Positions 8,701 through 16,168 of a stretch of DNA of 25,434 bases are shown here, in pieces. This stretch comes from a virus. Its lineage: Duplodnaviria; Caudoviricetes. The stretch covers positions 1-25,434 of the IMG/VR virus record IMGVR_UViG_3300032305_000994; one strand, given 5' to 3'. The position numbers and the translations under genes were made by a program. Each line of letters opens with the position of its first letter. The stretch's first letter is position 1. The notes under the pieces were generated by a model. It was not told where the DNA came from and made no database searches. It saw only the letters and a program-made list of their open reading frames with translations.

Positions 8701-9933
8701 ACCATGTCCTACATATGATGCTGCTTTTTTTAATACATCGATAGCTCCTTTTCTCTCTTGTGATTCAGGGCTATTTACTTTATCAATTGATTCATTATCT
8801 TCTTTTGATAAATCTTTTCTAGCCTTATCTAATGTTTGTTTTATTTTTTCAACTTGCTTATCTTCAGGACTCATTTCTGCTGAAGATTTCAATTCTGCTC
8901 CACTTAATTTTTGTTCAGGCGGAGGAGCTTGTTCTCCTGGCTTTTCACCACCCTTTTCTTTATCAGCTTTACCTTGTGCAGTTTGGTCTTTCTTAACAGG
9001 CTGACCAGGTTCCGCTGGTTTTGCTGCTTGAGTTGCCGCTTTACCTTTTGGTTCGTTAGCCGGCGCATCATCAGGTCCAACTAATTTATTTGCTTGTATA
9101 TGTGCTTCGTGGTCTTTTGGTAATCGTAATGCTCCCCTAACAGTAATCTTTTTCTTTTTACCATCAGCCGCTGTATAATCGATTTCCTTATCCATAATTG
9201 GATTTGGTTCTTCTTCTAAGAAGTATTCATCTATAAAGCTATCAGCTTCAAATACTAATTTTGCTATTTGTTCAGCGATTGGGTCATATACATAAGAATC
9301 ATCGGTACTTGCTACTGAACGGATATCATCGTTTTTCTTTTGTATTTTTTTAACATCTTCTTTAGATGGATACCCTTTTATAAGTTCCTCTTTAATCAGT
9401 TTGTTGGTTATCATTTTAAAAATTTCTTTATCGAATTTTGGATATGCTTTTAGGAATAATTTTTCAGCATTATCCGAACTTAACCATTTTCTTACATCAG
9501 TTCCACTAATTGGATTTGATTCAGATGGTATAATATAAGTATAACCAATTTCATCGTAACCATATCCAGATTTACCATTATATGGTTTAAAGTATTTACC
9601 TGCTAATCTACTAGCATCTTTATCGCCAACGGCTGCAATATATGCGGTTGTTTTACCATCAAATTTTGAAAGTATTTCTTTTGGTGCATATGGGTTTGAT
9701 ACTTGTACTATTTTGTTTGGAGCGATTCCAAACATTTTACCCATTATTACAACCTTTTCTTTAAAGTTAAATGGAGATTTACCACCATCGCTTTTATCCG
9801 ATGTACCAATATAAACATTATTAGCGCCAAATTTTGACACTAATTTTTGATATGCAGCGTAATGACCTTTATGAAAAGGTTGAAAACGGCCTGAATATAC
9901 TACTATCGTTTTTTTAATTACCGGTTTATCCAC
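5701..9933 (-). CDS. Large multidomain protein: N-terminal HxGH cytidyltransferase-like domain, Gly-rich hydrophobic region, HExxH metallopeptidase-like domain, C-terminal ligase-type (KxDG) nucleotidyltransferase domain
   Basis: 1410 aa, GTG start. Motifs GRFQPFHKGH and ISGTDVR; DILRTLAHELVHLKQ...ENEANA (~aa 952); EGGAYGHMNHPFD (~aa 1012); EKTDG (~aa 1051); NLEVIY; EGLVF; YKLTG. Confidence 0.75.
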   Translation of the reverse strand: MDKPVIKKTIVVYSGRFQPFHKGHYAAYQKLVSKFGANNVYIGTSDKSDGGKSPFNFKEKVVIMGKMFGIAPNKIVQVSNPYAPKEILSKFDGKTTAYIAAVGDKDASRLAGKYFKPYNGKSGYGYDEIGYTYIIPSESNPISGTDVRKWLSSDNAEKLFLKAYPKFDKEIFKMITNKLIKEELIKGYPSKEDVKKIQKKNDDIRSVASTDDSYVYDPIAEQIAKLVFEADSFIDEYFLEEEPNPIMDKEIDYTAADGKKKKITVRGALRLPKDHEAHIQANKLVGPDDAPANEPKGKAATQAAKPAEPGQPVKKDQTAQGKADKEKGGEKPGEQAPPPEQKLSGAELKSSAEMSPEDKQVEKIKQTLDKARKDLSKEDNESIDKVNSPESQERKGAIDVLKKAASYVGHGIKHTLEHNKEMMVGTGRAIKSLATTGKMGSIKDKDGNNVHWGDYTQSDSAEGKKPKMQDVPVYKKDSHGHAIKDKDGNKIQDKNFLGKPKTKKEPVFREDLTPEERQLAEKSWKENERQKDGVKNLAKTTALIMGSIAVTGGLIGGVKAASHGAGVGGILKGAASKIAYKFGGGHLGSYVMKDIIKHSAAEALGANAVQASGVGIALGAAGIFENKNGEESVDTNKFVPNFMEKTLEIMQNYKLSDEQLIQVIANYKREAPKNTAADLMKEDVSVDVDNGDTILMGKFKNKKVQVKDIGKDDHGMPTINGKQATTFRTLSEIQKGFFKGKMKIGGEAVEVEVELVGVDNKNRDFVTKVVGVDKKYQNKLPIGSTLPIPARIFRHGGWVKIKVPSAFNEVGVGDWHFKAIMKMWDKAGAYGRKKIGAAVSANPNANRRQVERDLRDTDYKEITDMSVKLGLLKEEVPATPEKKTKGRIIGEFIKFAKDRLRLIGLPFNIKLVKDGEFATTFKSYGGFDSVNNDIFIYVTNRSTPDILRTLAHELVHLKQRQDGYIGGPEDGATGSDVENEANAAAGILLRDFGKLNGHIYESINESNYLITEGGAYGHMNHPFDISMNLTFGDLKKIVNNALDGKLGVVREKTDGQALAISWKNGRLIAARNKGHLANGGASALDMSALASKFGGRGALSDAYNFAMRDLSAAISGLGEKERQSIFKDGSAFCNLEVIYPQNANVIPYGQSLLVFHNVVEYDEKGNAVGSVKGAESKLASMIKQINAHVQSQYTLQGPPITKLPKDEKLSSQKGKFNGMLSKLQSEFGLGDKDGIAEYHFAWWMKFVNNSKKNLTKLEKEGLARRWAFDNKSFGIKSITDEDAKKWADGVDKDAKDKIMKGNIRKFEDIFLGVGAEVLSFMSSVLTAQPDKALQSIKSSLESSISDIKSGGSVAQIKRLEKELARLNAIGGFEKLVPNEGLVFFYKGNTYKLTGTFAPLNQILGIFKFGR
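8468..8610. repeat. 20-bp direct repeat (ttaccatctttatctttaat, encoding IKDKDGN) inside the large gene
   Basis: Identical copies at 8468-8487 and 8591-8610. Confidence 0.8.
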
Positions 9934-9949
9934 TATCCCTATTTTTATG

Positions 9950-9958
9950 TATAAATAT
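9950..9958 (-). promoter_or_regulatory. Candidate phage late promoter, ATATTTATA
   Basis: Same 9-mer, 16 nt upstream of the GTG at 9933. Confidence 0.55.
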
Positions 9959-9972
9959 CTTTTTATTAAAGA

Positions 9973-10098
9973 TTAGAAACTTTTGTAGATAAATGGGTCT
10001 CTTTTTTTAAGTTCTTCTAATTTTTTCTTAAATCTTTTTTTTCTTTTTCGTTCTTCGTATAACTTTACAAAGAAGGAAATTATTGGCCAGTTTTTCAT
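9973..10098 (-). CDS. Small basic protein (41 aa), RDPFIY-ending family
   Basis: Not in ORF track. Reads MKNWPIISFFVKLYEERKRKKRFKKKLEELKKRDPFIYKSF*. ATGA overlap with the HAD gene stop, and it fills the intergenic gap. Confidence 0.7.
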   Translation of the reverse strand: MKNWPIISFFVKLYEERKRKKRFKKKLEELKKRDPFIYKSF

Positions 10099-10463
10099 AA
10101 TAATTGTTTTAATTTTATTTTTGCTTCATCTAATCCCATTGCTTTATCATCTATAAGTAAATCATAGTGTATTTTACCCATATATAATCCGTTATGCTTT
10201 ACACCCCATTTTTCTAAACTATTCAATGTTATATCGTATAACTTTGCGTAGATTTCCTTAACATCACCATTCAATGTATGCATACCTCTTGCTGTATAAA
10301 TATATATTGTGTACCCTTTATCGTATAAAGAGTTTGATAAATCTATCATTTCTTGTATTGGTTCACAATAATTGTATTTATCTATCCCTAATGATTCCTT
10401 TTCTTTTGGACGAAAGCATAATGTATCATCCAAATCAAATGCTAATATTTTTGTATTATTCAT
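10095..10463 (-). CDS. HAD-superfamily phosphatase (capsule-biosynthesis phosphatase type, capless)
   Basis: 122 aa. Motif I FDLDDTL, motif II YTARG, motif III/IV GK..YDLLIDDKA. Confidence 0.85.
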   Translation of the reverse strand: MNNTKILAFDLDDTLCFRPKEKESLGIDKYNYCEPIQEMIDLSNSLYDKGYTIYIYTARGMHTLNGDVKEIYAKLYDITLNSLEKWGVKHNGLYMGKIHYDLLIDDKAMGLDEAKIKLKQLL

Positions 10464-11404
10464 TATGGTAAACTATTTAATTTGGTTTGTATTTTTTCTT
10501 TTATAATTGAATCAATCTTTGGTAATTCGTATAAATCATAACAATAATGACCACATACTTGTATCAACTTATGTCTATCATTTATATCAAAATCACTCTT
10601 AACCCATTTTTCCCACTTTTTGGAATCAAAGCATATTTGATAAAATTCATCAATTTGAGTTTCATCCATATGTTCTAAATAAGTCAATGTTTGTATTTGT
10701 GCAATTTCAGGTCCTATATTTAAACTATCAACACCATTATCAAATCTGATTTCTAATTCTTCATTACTTAAATAATCACCATTATGCTCTTTGGTTTTTT
10801 TATCAAAGCGTTTACAAATATCAACCATAGATTTTAACCTTTGTAAATTAAAATGACCCGAGTTTTTCATATTAACTAAGTCTAATCCAACGCCCGATTG
10901 TATTACAACAAATTCTATATTAGAAAATATTTCTTCTTTTAAATTATCATTTAAAAATGTTAATATACTATCCAATTCAAAATCTTCGATACGGATGATT
11001 GCTTCTTCCGTTAATATTTCATATTTTAAATTAGGGTTTATATGATACAAATAATTCATCGTATCAACTGTTTGTGTTATACCTATGTTTTTATCATTCT
11101 CCGTAATTTTCCAAGGGTCTATATGAATTATATCAAAATATTTTGCATCATTAATATATGATAGAAATCCATCATCTTCAATTTTTCCTTGATTTGGGCC
11201 AGAATGGTCTCTTTCTAAAACAATATCGCTTTTGCTTCTGACATATTTATGAAACGTAGTAGTATCCCACGCATTTACATATCCCCCATCGAAATCGATT
11301 TGTCTTCGTGTTGGTAAAAGTCCAAATCTATCAGATTGTAATTCTAATACAGAATCTACAATTTGCTTAGACATTGGACATATAAAGTATTTAGGTGTTT
11401 TCAT
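10463..11404 (-). CDS. GatZ/KbaZ-like (tagatose aldolase accessory subunit / ketose-phosphate epimerase) TIM-barrel protein
   Basis: 313 aa. RRQIDFDGGY, LERDHSGP, IIHIDPW, YEILTEE, VVIQSG, KEHNGDY and NIGPE match the GatZ/KbaZ pattern (DHxGP, HLD, EAHSTDY, KVGP). Confidence 0.7.
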   Translation of the reverse strand: MKTPKYFICPMSKQIVDSVLELQSDRFGLLPTRRQIDFDGGYVNAWDTTTFHKYVRSKSDIVLERDHSGPNQGKIEDDGFLSYINDAKYFDIIHIDPWKITENDKNIGITQTVDTMNYLYHINPNLKYEILTEEAIIRIEDFELDSILTFLNDNLKEEIFSNIEFVVIQSGVGLDLVNMKNSGHFNLQRLKSMVDICKRFDKKTKEHNGDYLSNEELEIRFDNGVDSLNIGPEIAQIQTLTYLEHMDETQIDEFYQICFDSKKWEKWVKSDFDINDRHKLIQVCGHYCYDLYELPKIDSIIKEKIQTKLNSLP

Positions 11405-12035
11405 AATCTATGCCTGTGTATATTTTAAATTGATGTTTAGCTTGTTCTCTATGTAACATAGTTCCACTTTCACTTTCAACTAAACAATCTATATAGGTAT
11501 TAGTTGAATCGGTTACTATTGTAAGAGGAGTACAATTAAAAATAAATTTATTCTTTAACGTGTACAATATATCCCAATTATCCCTAACAATATTTTCTAC
11601 ATTAAATCCCAATTCACTCGCAGCCACTTTAACTGATGCTGCTAATCCACCATTACCTAACACATATAAAGTATCAAATCCTTTGTTATAATGAGTTATG
11701 AGCTTTAAAGCAGCATAGTAATCGGTGTTGTATCCAATCATTGTGTCCGAAGTCATCAATACGGTATTTATATTACCCACCTTCTTAGCCGCATTATCTA
11801 CTTCATCCATTAAACTAAATGCAGTAACTTTAAATGGCATTGATATTGCACAACCAGAGAATCCTAAGTATTGTGCAGATATAAGTGCCTTTGATATATT
11901 ATTTACTGAAAATGATTTATATACCGAATTTATACCATGTCTTTCAAATGCAGTATTAAAGAATTTACATCCCATACTACCAGCTCTTTCGCTTAAAGAA
12001 CCATATATTTTAGTATCTCTATTTATTACAATCAT
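11391..12035 (-). CDS. aroE: Shikimate dehydrogenase-like oxidoreductase (compact)
   Basis: 214 aa. AISMPFK (catalytic Lys), GNINTV, GYNTD, Rossmann GNGGLA, NCTP and GTML..QA. Shorter than a typical AroE; substrate not established. Confidence 0.75.
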   Translation of the reverse strand: MIVINRDTKIYGSLSERAGSMGCKFFNTAFERHGINSVYKSFSVNNISKALISAQYLGFSGCAISMPFKVTAFSLMDEVDNAAKKVGNINTVLMTSDTMIGYNTDYYAALKLITHYNKGFDTLYVLGNGGLAASVKVAASELGFNVENIVRDNWDILYTLKNKFIFNCTPLTIVTDSTNTYIDCLVESESGTMLHREQAKHQFKIYTGIDYENT

Positions 12036-13926
12036 ATAGCATTTCTATTGATTTAAACCATAACATATTTCCGAATTTACCGTCATGTAATGGTGACATA
12101 TTTAAAAATATAATGGCTGTTAGTAGTTTAACTTTATTTAAATCGAATCCATTATTTATTATCCATTCTTCATATACATCTTTGAATTTTGTTAAATCCG
12201 TAGATACATCATAAGAATATGTTACAGAATAATCACCCTGAACAAATGTAATATTATCCTCATTTTTCATTTTATCATATGGGATAATACATCCACCATA
12301 CATCTTTGCCAAGTCATAATATATATCACCGCCTGATGTATATCCACCAAATGATTCTCTCCAATCGATATATGTAAATTTCCTTTGTCCTAAATTATAT
12401 ACAATATTATCAAATTGTAAATCACCGTGAAATGCTGTATAGAATGGATTTGTATTAAATTGTTTAAAATCTATTTTAGAAAATATAGATTCCATAGATG
12501 GATAATCTTTACCATTTATGTTATGCTTTGCTAAGTAATAACTTATATTTGTTTTATCTATAAATAATTTTAAACGTTCATTTGTCTTATCTACATAAAA
12601 TTTTTTAATATGTTCTACCGAATTTGGCGATTGAGTTGATATATTAGATTTTAGTTCTTCTAAAAATTTAACATATACTTCAAACATATCAATTTCATAT
12701 AAGGTACTACCTTCTTGCCATTTGTATGATATAAAGTTATTAGTATATTTAAAGTTATCAGGTATTTTGCCTCCTAATTCTTTAGCTCTAATAATTCGGT
12801 TATCTAATACTGATTTATTTGGAGTAAATTTTATAAATGTATTACCTTCCTTATATGTTATTTCCGAATTATCCTTTTGTAAGGAAAGTGGTTTATCATT
12901 TAGGTATTCTTTAGTTTTATTTAAATCATCTAAATTGCCGGTATCCAACCATTTCAATTTTTTTGCTTTAAAGGTAGGATAGTTCGATGGAATATTAAAT
13001 GCTGATACTATTTCACCATCTATGATATTATCCTCTAATTGCTCCCAAAACACCCCATAATCCCATATCCCAGCCAATCCTATAAATGCCATATCATATC
13101 CATTCTCATTTTTATTAGAATAACCAATGATATCATTTCCACTTAATTGTACAGTTGAATATTTTTCAGGATATGATGTGGGTTGTATGCCTAACCAATT
13201 ACCATCTAAGTGCGGCATTGGTGAATCTATTAAACAATCACAAGTTGCTATATAAAATGGTCTTTGTAAATAAGATTTACATTGTAATGCCGAATAACCT
13301 GGACCAGAAGCGTATCCATCTACGTTATCAATTTCCACGAAAGTGAATTTATGTGTAGGAAATGCCAATTCACAATATTCTCTAACAGAATCTCCCTTAT
13401 AACCAATTGCTATAATAAATTCATATTCTTTTGGGAATTTATCAATTATATGTGAAATAATTGCACGATTGTTAATTGGTAATAAAGCCTTATTAATTTC
13501 TTTGGTTAAGTTTCCCAATCGAGTTCCTAATCCAGCTGCTAATATTAATACGGCAGGTGTTTGGTGTTCGCCTTCTATCTTACCATTTGCTCTAGCAAAT
13601 TCATCATCGATACGGATTACATCATCCACTTCCGGAGTCGATACTTCTTGTAAGATAATATCAGTTAATGCAATTACTCTATGTTTTTTAGGCGGTGTAA
13701 CATTGAAGTATTCACCCGCTTTCATAATTTTCTTTTCAACTACACCTTCATCATTCTCTAACCAAATTTCGGCTTCTCCTGATATAATGAAGTTCGTTTC
13801 TCTTTTCAAATTATGATATTGATATGAGGTTTTGTAACCTGCATTGATGTATATTCGTTTATAACAATATGCATCGTTTAATTCTAACCACTCTTCCTTT
13901 CCCCAAGGCTTTATTATTGTTTTCAT
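12019..13926 (-). CDS. Trifunctional fusion: cupin (sugar isomerase-like) + sugar-phosphate nucleotidyltransferase + APH/choline-kinase-like phosphotransferase
   Basis: 635 aa. Cupin KPWGKE...SYQYH..KRET...H...EVSTP..DD; NTP-transferase ILAAGLGTRL...NKALL...WLDTG; kinase HGDLQFDNI...FTYIDWR...DIYYDLAK. Confidence 0.85.
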   Translation of the reverse strand: MKTIIKPWGKEEWLELNDAYCYKRIYINAGYKTSYQYHNLKRETNFIISGEAEIWLENDEGVVEKKIMKAGEYFNVTPPKKHRVIALTDIILQEVSTPEVDDVIRIDDEFARANGKIEGEHQTPAVLILAAGLGTRLGNLTKEINKALLPINNRAIISHIIDKFPKEYEFIIAIGYKGDSVREYCELAFPTHKFTFVEIDNVDGYASGPGYSALQCKSYLQRPFYIATCDCLIDSPMPHLDGNWLGIQPTSYPEKYSTVQLSGNDIIGYSNKNENGYDMAFIGLAGIWDYGVFWEQLEDNIIDGEIVSAFNIPSNYPTFKAKKLKWLDTGNLDDLNKTKEYLNDKPLSLQKDNSEITYKEGNTFIKFTPNKSVLDNRIIRAKELGGKIPDNFKYTNNFISYKWQEGSTLYEIDMFEVYVKFLEELKSNISTQSPNSVEHIKKFYVDKTNERLKLFIDKTNISYYLAKHNINGKDYPSMESIFSKIDFKQFNTNPFYTAFHGDLQFDNIVYNLGQRKFTYIDWRESFGGYTSGGDIYYDLAKMYGGCIIPYDKMKNEDNITFVQGDYSVTYSYDVSTDLTKFKDVYEEWIINNGFDLNKVKLLTAIIFLNMSPLHDGKFGNMLWFKSIEMLYDCNK

Positions 13927-13948
13927 ATTTGTAACCTATTTAGTATAA

Positions 13949-14677
13949 TTATAAGAAATTTTTTATTCCCAACCACCTACTCTCATAATCTTCAACATTT
14001 CTACATTCTCCATTTAAGTCATTCCATCTATATGGTGTCCCTTGATTACCACTAAATAATCCTCTATACGTTATATTATTTTTAGTTAAAAACTTAGCCA
14101 TTTCTATTTGCCAATCCGATTCATTGTTTAGTAATCTTTCAAAATAATAATTTACAGCTATATCAAATATATTCGTTTTTGCAATCCAAAAAACATCTTC
14201 AAATTTATTATGAATTATAGAATTTGCGAAATCTAAAGTGTATATTGTATTTTCATAATTCGATTTTAATATTGATTCCAATTCATCCCTTAATCGATAT
14301 GATGGATTATAAATAAAATCAGGTCTTATTTTTATAGTAAAATCATAATAATTGCCCGTTTCTTTTTTTAGCTTATTACATTCCATAATAGAATGGAACA
14401 ATGGTTCTATTCGTATATTTTTATTTACCCATTCTTTATAATTTTCAACTATCATTTTTTTAGGTCGCCATATATCTGAAAACTCTTCGAACAAAGAATC
14501 CGGTTCGTCTGAAGGGATACCAGCTATACTTAAATCCGATGAAGTTTGTGTTATACTATCCCACGTATGAATAAACACATCACACTCATCAATCATATCA
14601 CCTATAAAATTTAAAATGTTTTTAGATGTTAAAACTCCAGTTCTAATTTGACCACTAAAGCACAATGCTATTTTCAT
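13949..14677 (-). CDS. Glycan-cluster hypothetical (KIALCFSGQ.R...HTW...RPD family), possible glycosyltransferase-fold protein
   Basis: Start refined to ATG 14677 (MKIALCFSGQIR), 242 aa. Motifs DVFIHTW, KIRPD and DVFW. Paralog of 18334..19026. Confidence 0.6.
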   Translation of the reverse strand: MKIALCFSGQIRTGVLTSKNILNFIGDMIDECDVFIHTWDSITQTSSDLSIAGIPSDEPDSLFEEFSDIWRPKKMIVENYKEWVNKNIRIEPLFHSIMECNKLKKETGNYYDFTIKIRPDFIYNPSYRLRDELESILKSNYENTIYTLDFANSIIHNKFEDVFWIAKTNIFDIAVNYYFERLLNNESDWQIEMAKFLTKNNITYRGLFSGNQGTPYRWNDLNGECRNVEDYESRWLGIKNFL

Positions 14678-14682
14678 ATTCA

Positions 14683-14714
14683 CCAAATTACGATATTTTT
14701 TACAATTTTCCAAA
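14683..14714 (-). promoter_or_regulatory. Bacteroidetes-type promoter (near consensus)
   Basis: Minus strand TTTG-N20-TAATTTGG (one mismatch to TAnnTTTG), directly downstream of a terminator and just upstream of ATG 14677. Confidence 0.45.
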
Positions 14715-14724
14715 TATTTTAGAC

Positions 14725-14759
14725 AAAAAAATACCCACCAAATTAGTGGGTAATTTTTT
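14725..14759 (-). terminator. Intrinsic (possibly bidirectional) terminator
   Basis: Stem tacccac (14732-14738) / gtgggta (14746-14752), flanked by an A7 run and a T6 run, just after the stop of 14775..15533. Confidence 0.75.
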
Positions 14760-14774
14760 AAATAAATAAGTCTA

Positions 14775-15533
14775 TTATATCATTGGAACATCTATTCCAC
14801 AATGAGCTTTCACATCATCATTAAATTCAAATGGGTTCATTGGGAATTGGATACTAATTCCGTGGCTATTAGCCGGAGAATCATGGTAATCTCTAGCGTT
14901 AAATACAGTTGCTCTACAATCAATATTATGAATTACATCATCTACGTTATCATAAATAAATAATGATTTTTCAGGTGATACGATTAAATGTAATTTATAA
15001 GTATTTTTAATATATTCATCGTAGTTATCACCTTGCTCAGCTTTAATAACTGCTTCAAAATCTAAATCTAATCCATTATAAATTGGATTTGCTTCTTCTT
15101 CAGTTTCAACAATTTTAAATCCTTCTTTTTCAAGTAATAAATCGTGTATAGAACCATTTAATAATTCTTTATAATTTAATGGTAATGAATTTACTGCGGT
15201 AAGATTTTCTAATTTAGGTTGCCAGTCTTGGTGTAGTAATACAATATTTACATCAGCGGGAGAATATCTGATATTAAATGGTACACCTTCTTTACAGAAT
15301 AATTTGATATATTCCATTGTCAATGGTAATGCTGCTTTTTGACGTTCTTGAAATCCTTCATCAATATTCCAATCAAATCCATTGTACCCAACAAATACTT
15401 CAGCTTCTTCAGTATCTTGTTTTACTCTATAAGCTTCCATTTCTTCCAATGCAGCTTGTAATTTGGTTTCATCTATAAACTTTTCTAAAGAAATAAATGG
15501 AACTTTGTTTCCATCTTCGATTAATCCTATCAT
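14775..15533 (-). CDS. Acidic hypothetical protein, possible Fe(II)/2OG dioxygenase-like
   Basis: 252 aa. HxD (LLHQDW) and a distal His in TVFNARDYHDS within a beta-rich region. Has its own promoter motif and terminator. Confidence 0.45.
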   Translation of the reverse strand: MIGLIEDGNKVPFISLEKFIDETKLQAALEEMEAYRVKQDTEEAEVFVGYNGFDWNIDEGFQERQKAALPLTMEYIKLFCKEGVPFNIRYSPADVNIVLLHQDWQPKLENLTAVNSLPLNYKELLNGSIHDLLLEKEGFKIVETEEEANPIYNGLDLDFEAVIKAEQGDNYDEYIKNTYKLHLIVSPEKSLFIYDNVDDVIHNIDCRATVFNARDYHDSPANSHGISIQFPMNPFEFNDDVKAHCGIDVPMI

Positions 15534-15568
15534 ATTATTAGTTTTTTGTGGCTGAACATATGTTCTAC

Positions 15569-15605
15569 AATAAATATAAATTTATTTATAAATCGTATAT
15601 TTATT
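15569..15605. promoter_or_regulatory. Divergent pair of candidate late promoters forming a 10-bp inverted repeat
   Basis: aataaatata (15569-15578) and tatatttatt (15596-15605) are exact reverse complements. Each reads ATATTTATT toward one of the divergent genes. Palindrome atttataaat at 15584-15593 lies between them. Confidence 0.5.
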
Positions 15606-15619
15606 TAAAAGTTTATACA

Positions 15620-16168
15620 ATGAGTTACAATAAATGGGATGAGTTCGTAGTAACGCCATCTAAAAAATTTGGATTTGAAGTTCCATCATATCAGCCATCT
15701 GTATTTAGAGAATATAGAGGTGAGATATTTACAACATTTCATTCAGAAGAACATCCGGCAATGAATCAAATTCACTATGATAAAGAAGAACTTTCTATTC
15801 ATAGTAGATTTTCACGTTCATATAAAGGCGTATTAAGAGGATTGCATGGCGATGATAAGACTTGGAAGTTGGTACAAGCGGTAGTGGGTGATATTTATTT
15901 GGTAGTATTAGATGTAAGAGAAGCCAGTCCTACTTTTGGAGATTGGGAATCATTCATCATATCCGAACGAACTCGCAACCAAGTATTAGTTCCTCCAGGA
16001 TTTGTAAATGGACACTACGCATTAACCGATTGTATGTTTCATTATACAATGATATACAATGGTAAATATGTTGATTCACCCGAACATAAAGTTGTTAAAT
16101 GGAATGACCCGGAATATCAAATTGAATGGCCTAGTTCCAATCCAATACTCCAAACGAAAGACAAATGA
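15620..16168 (+). CDS. rmlC: RmlC-family NDP-4-keto-6-deoxy sugar 3,5-epimerase
   Basis: Start refined to ATG 15620 (MSYNKW). Motifs S.KGVLRGLH, KLV...G.IY.VVLDVR..SPTFG.W, VPPGFVNGH and WNDP...IEWP. Confidence 0.9.
   Translation: MSYNKWDEFVVTPSKKFGFEVPSYQPSVFREYRGEIFTTFHSEEHPAMNQIHYDKEELSIHSRFSRSYKGVLRGLHGDDKTWKLVQAVVGDIYLVVLDVREASPTFGDWESFIISERTRNQVLVPPGFVNGHYALTDCMFHYTMIYNGKYVDSPEHKVVKWNDPEYQIEWPSSNPILQTKDK

Noticed and set aside
2065-13816. Plus-strand ORFs in the track (2065, 3673, 6554, 7115, 7387, 8588, 10274, 11725, 12722, 13155, 13469)
   Set aside because: They lie antisense to well-supported minus-strand genes and have shadow-like composition with no motifs.
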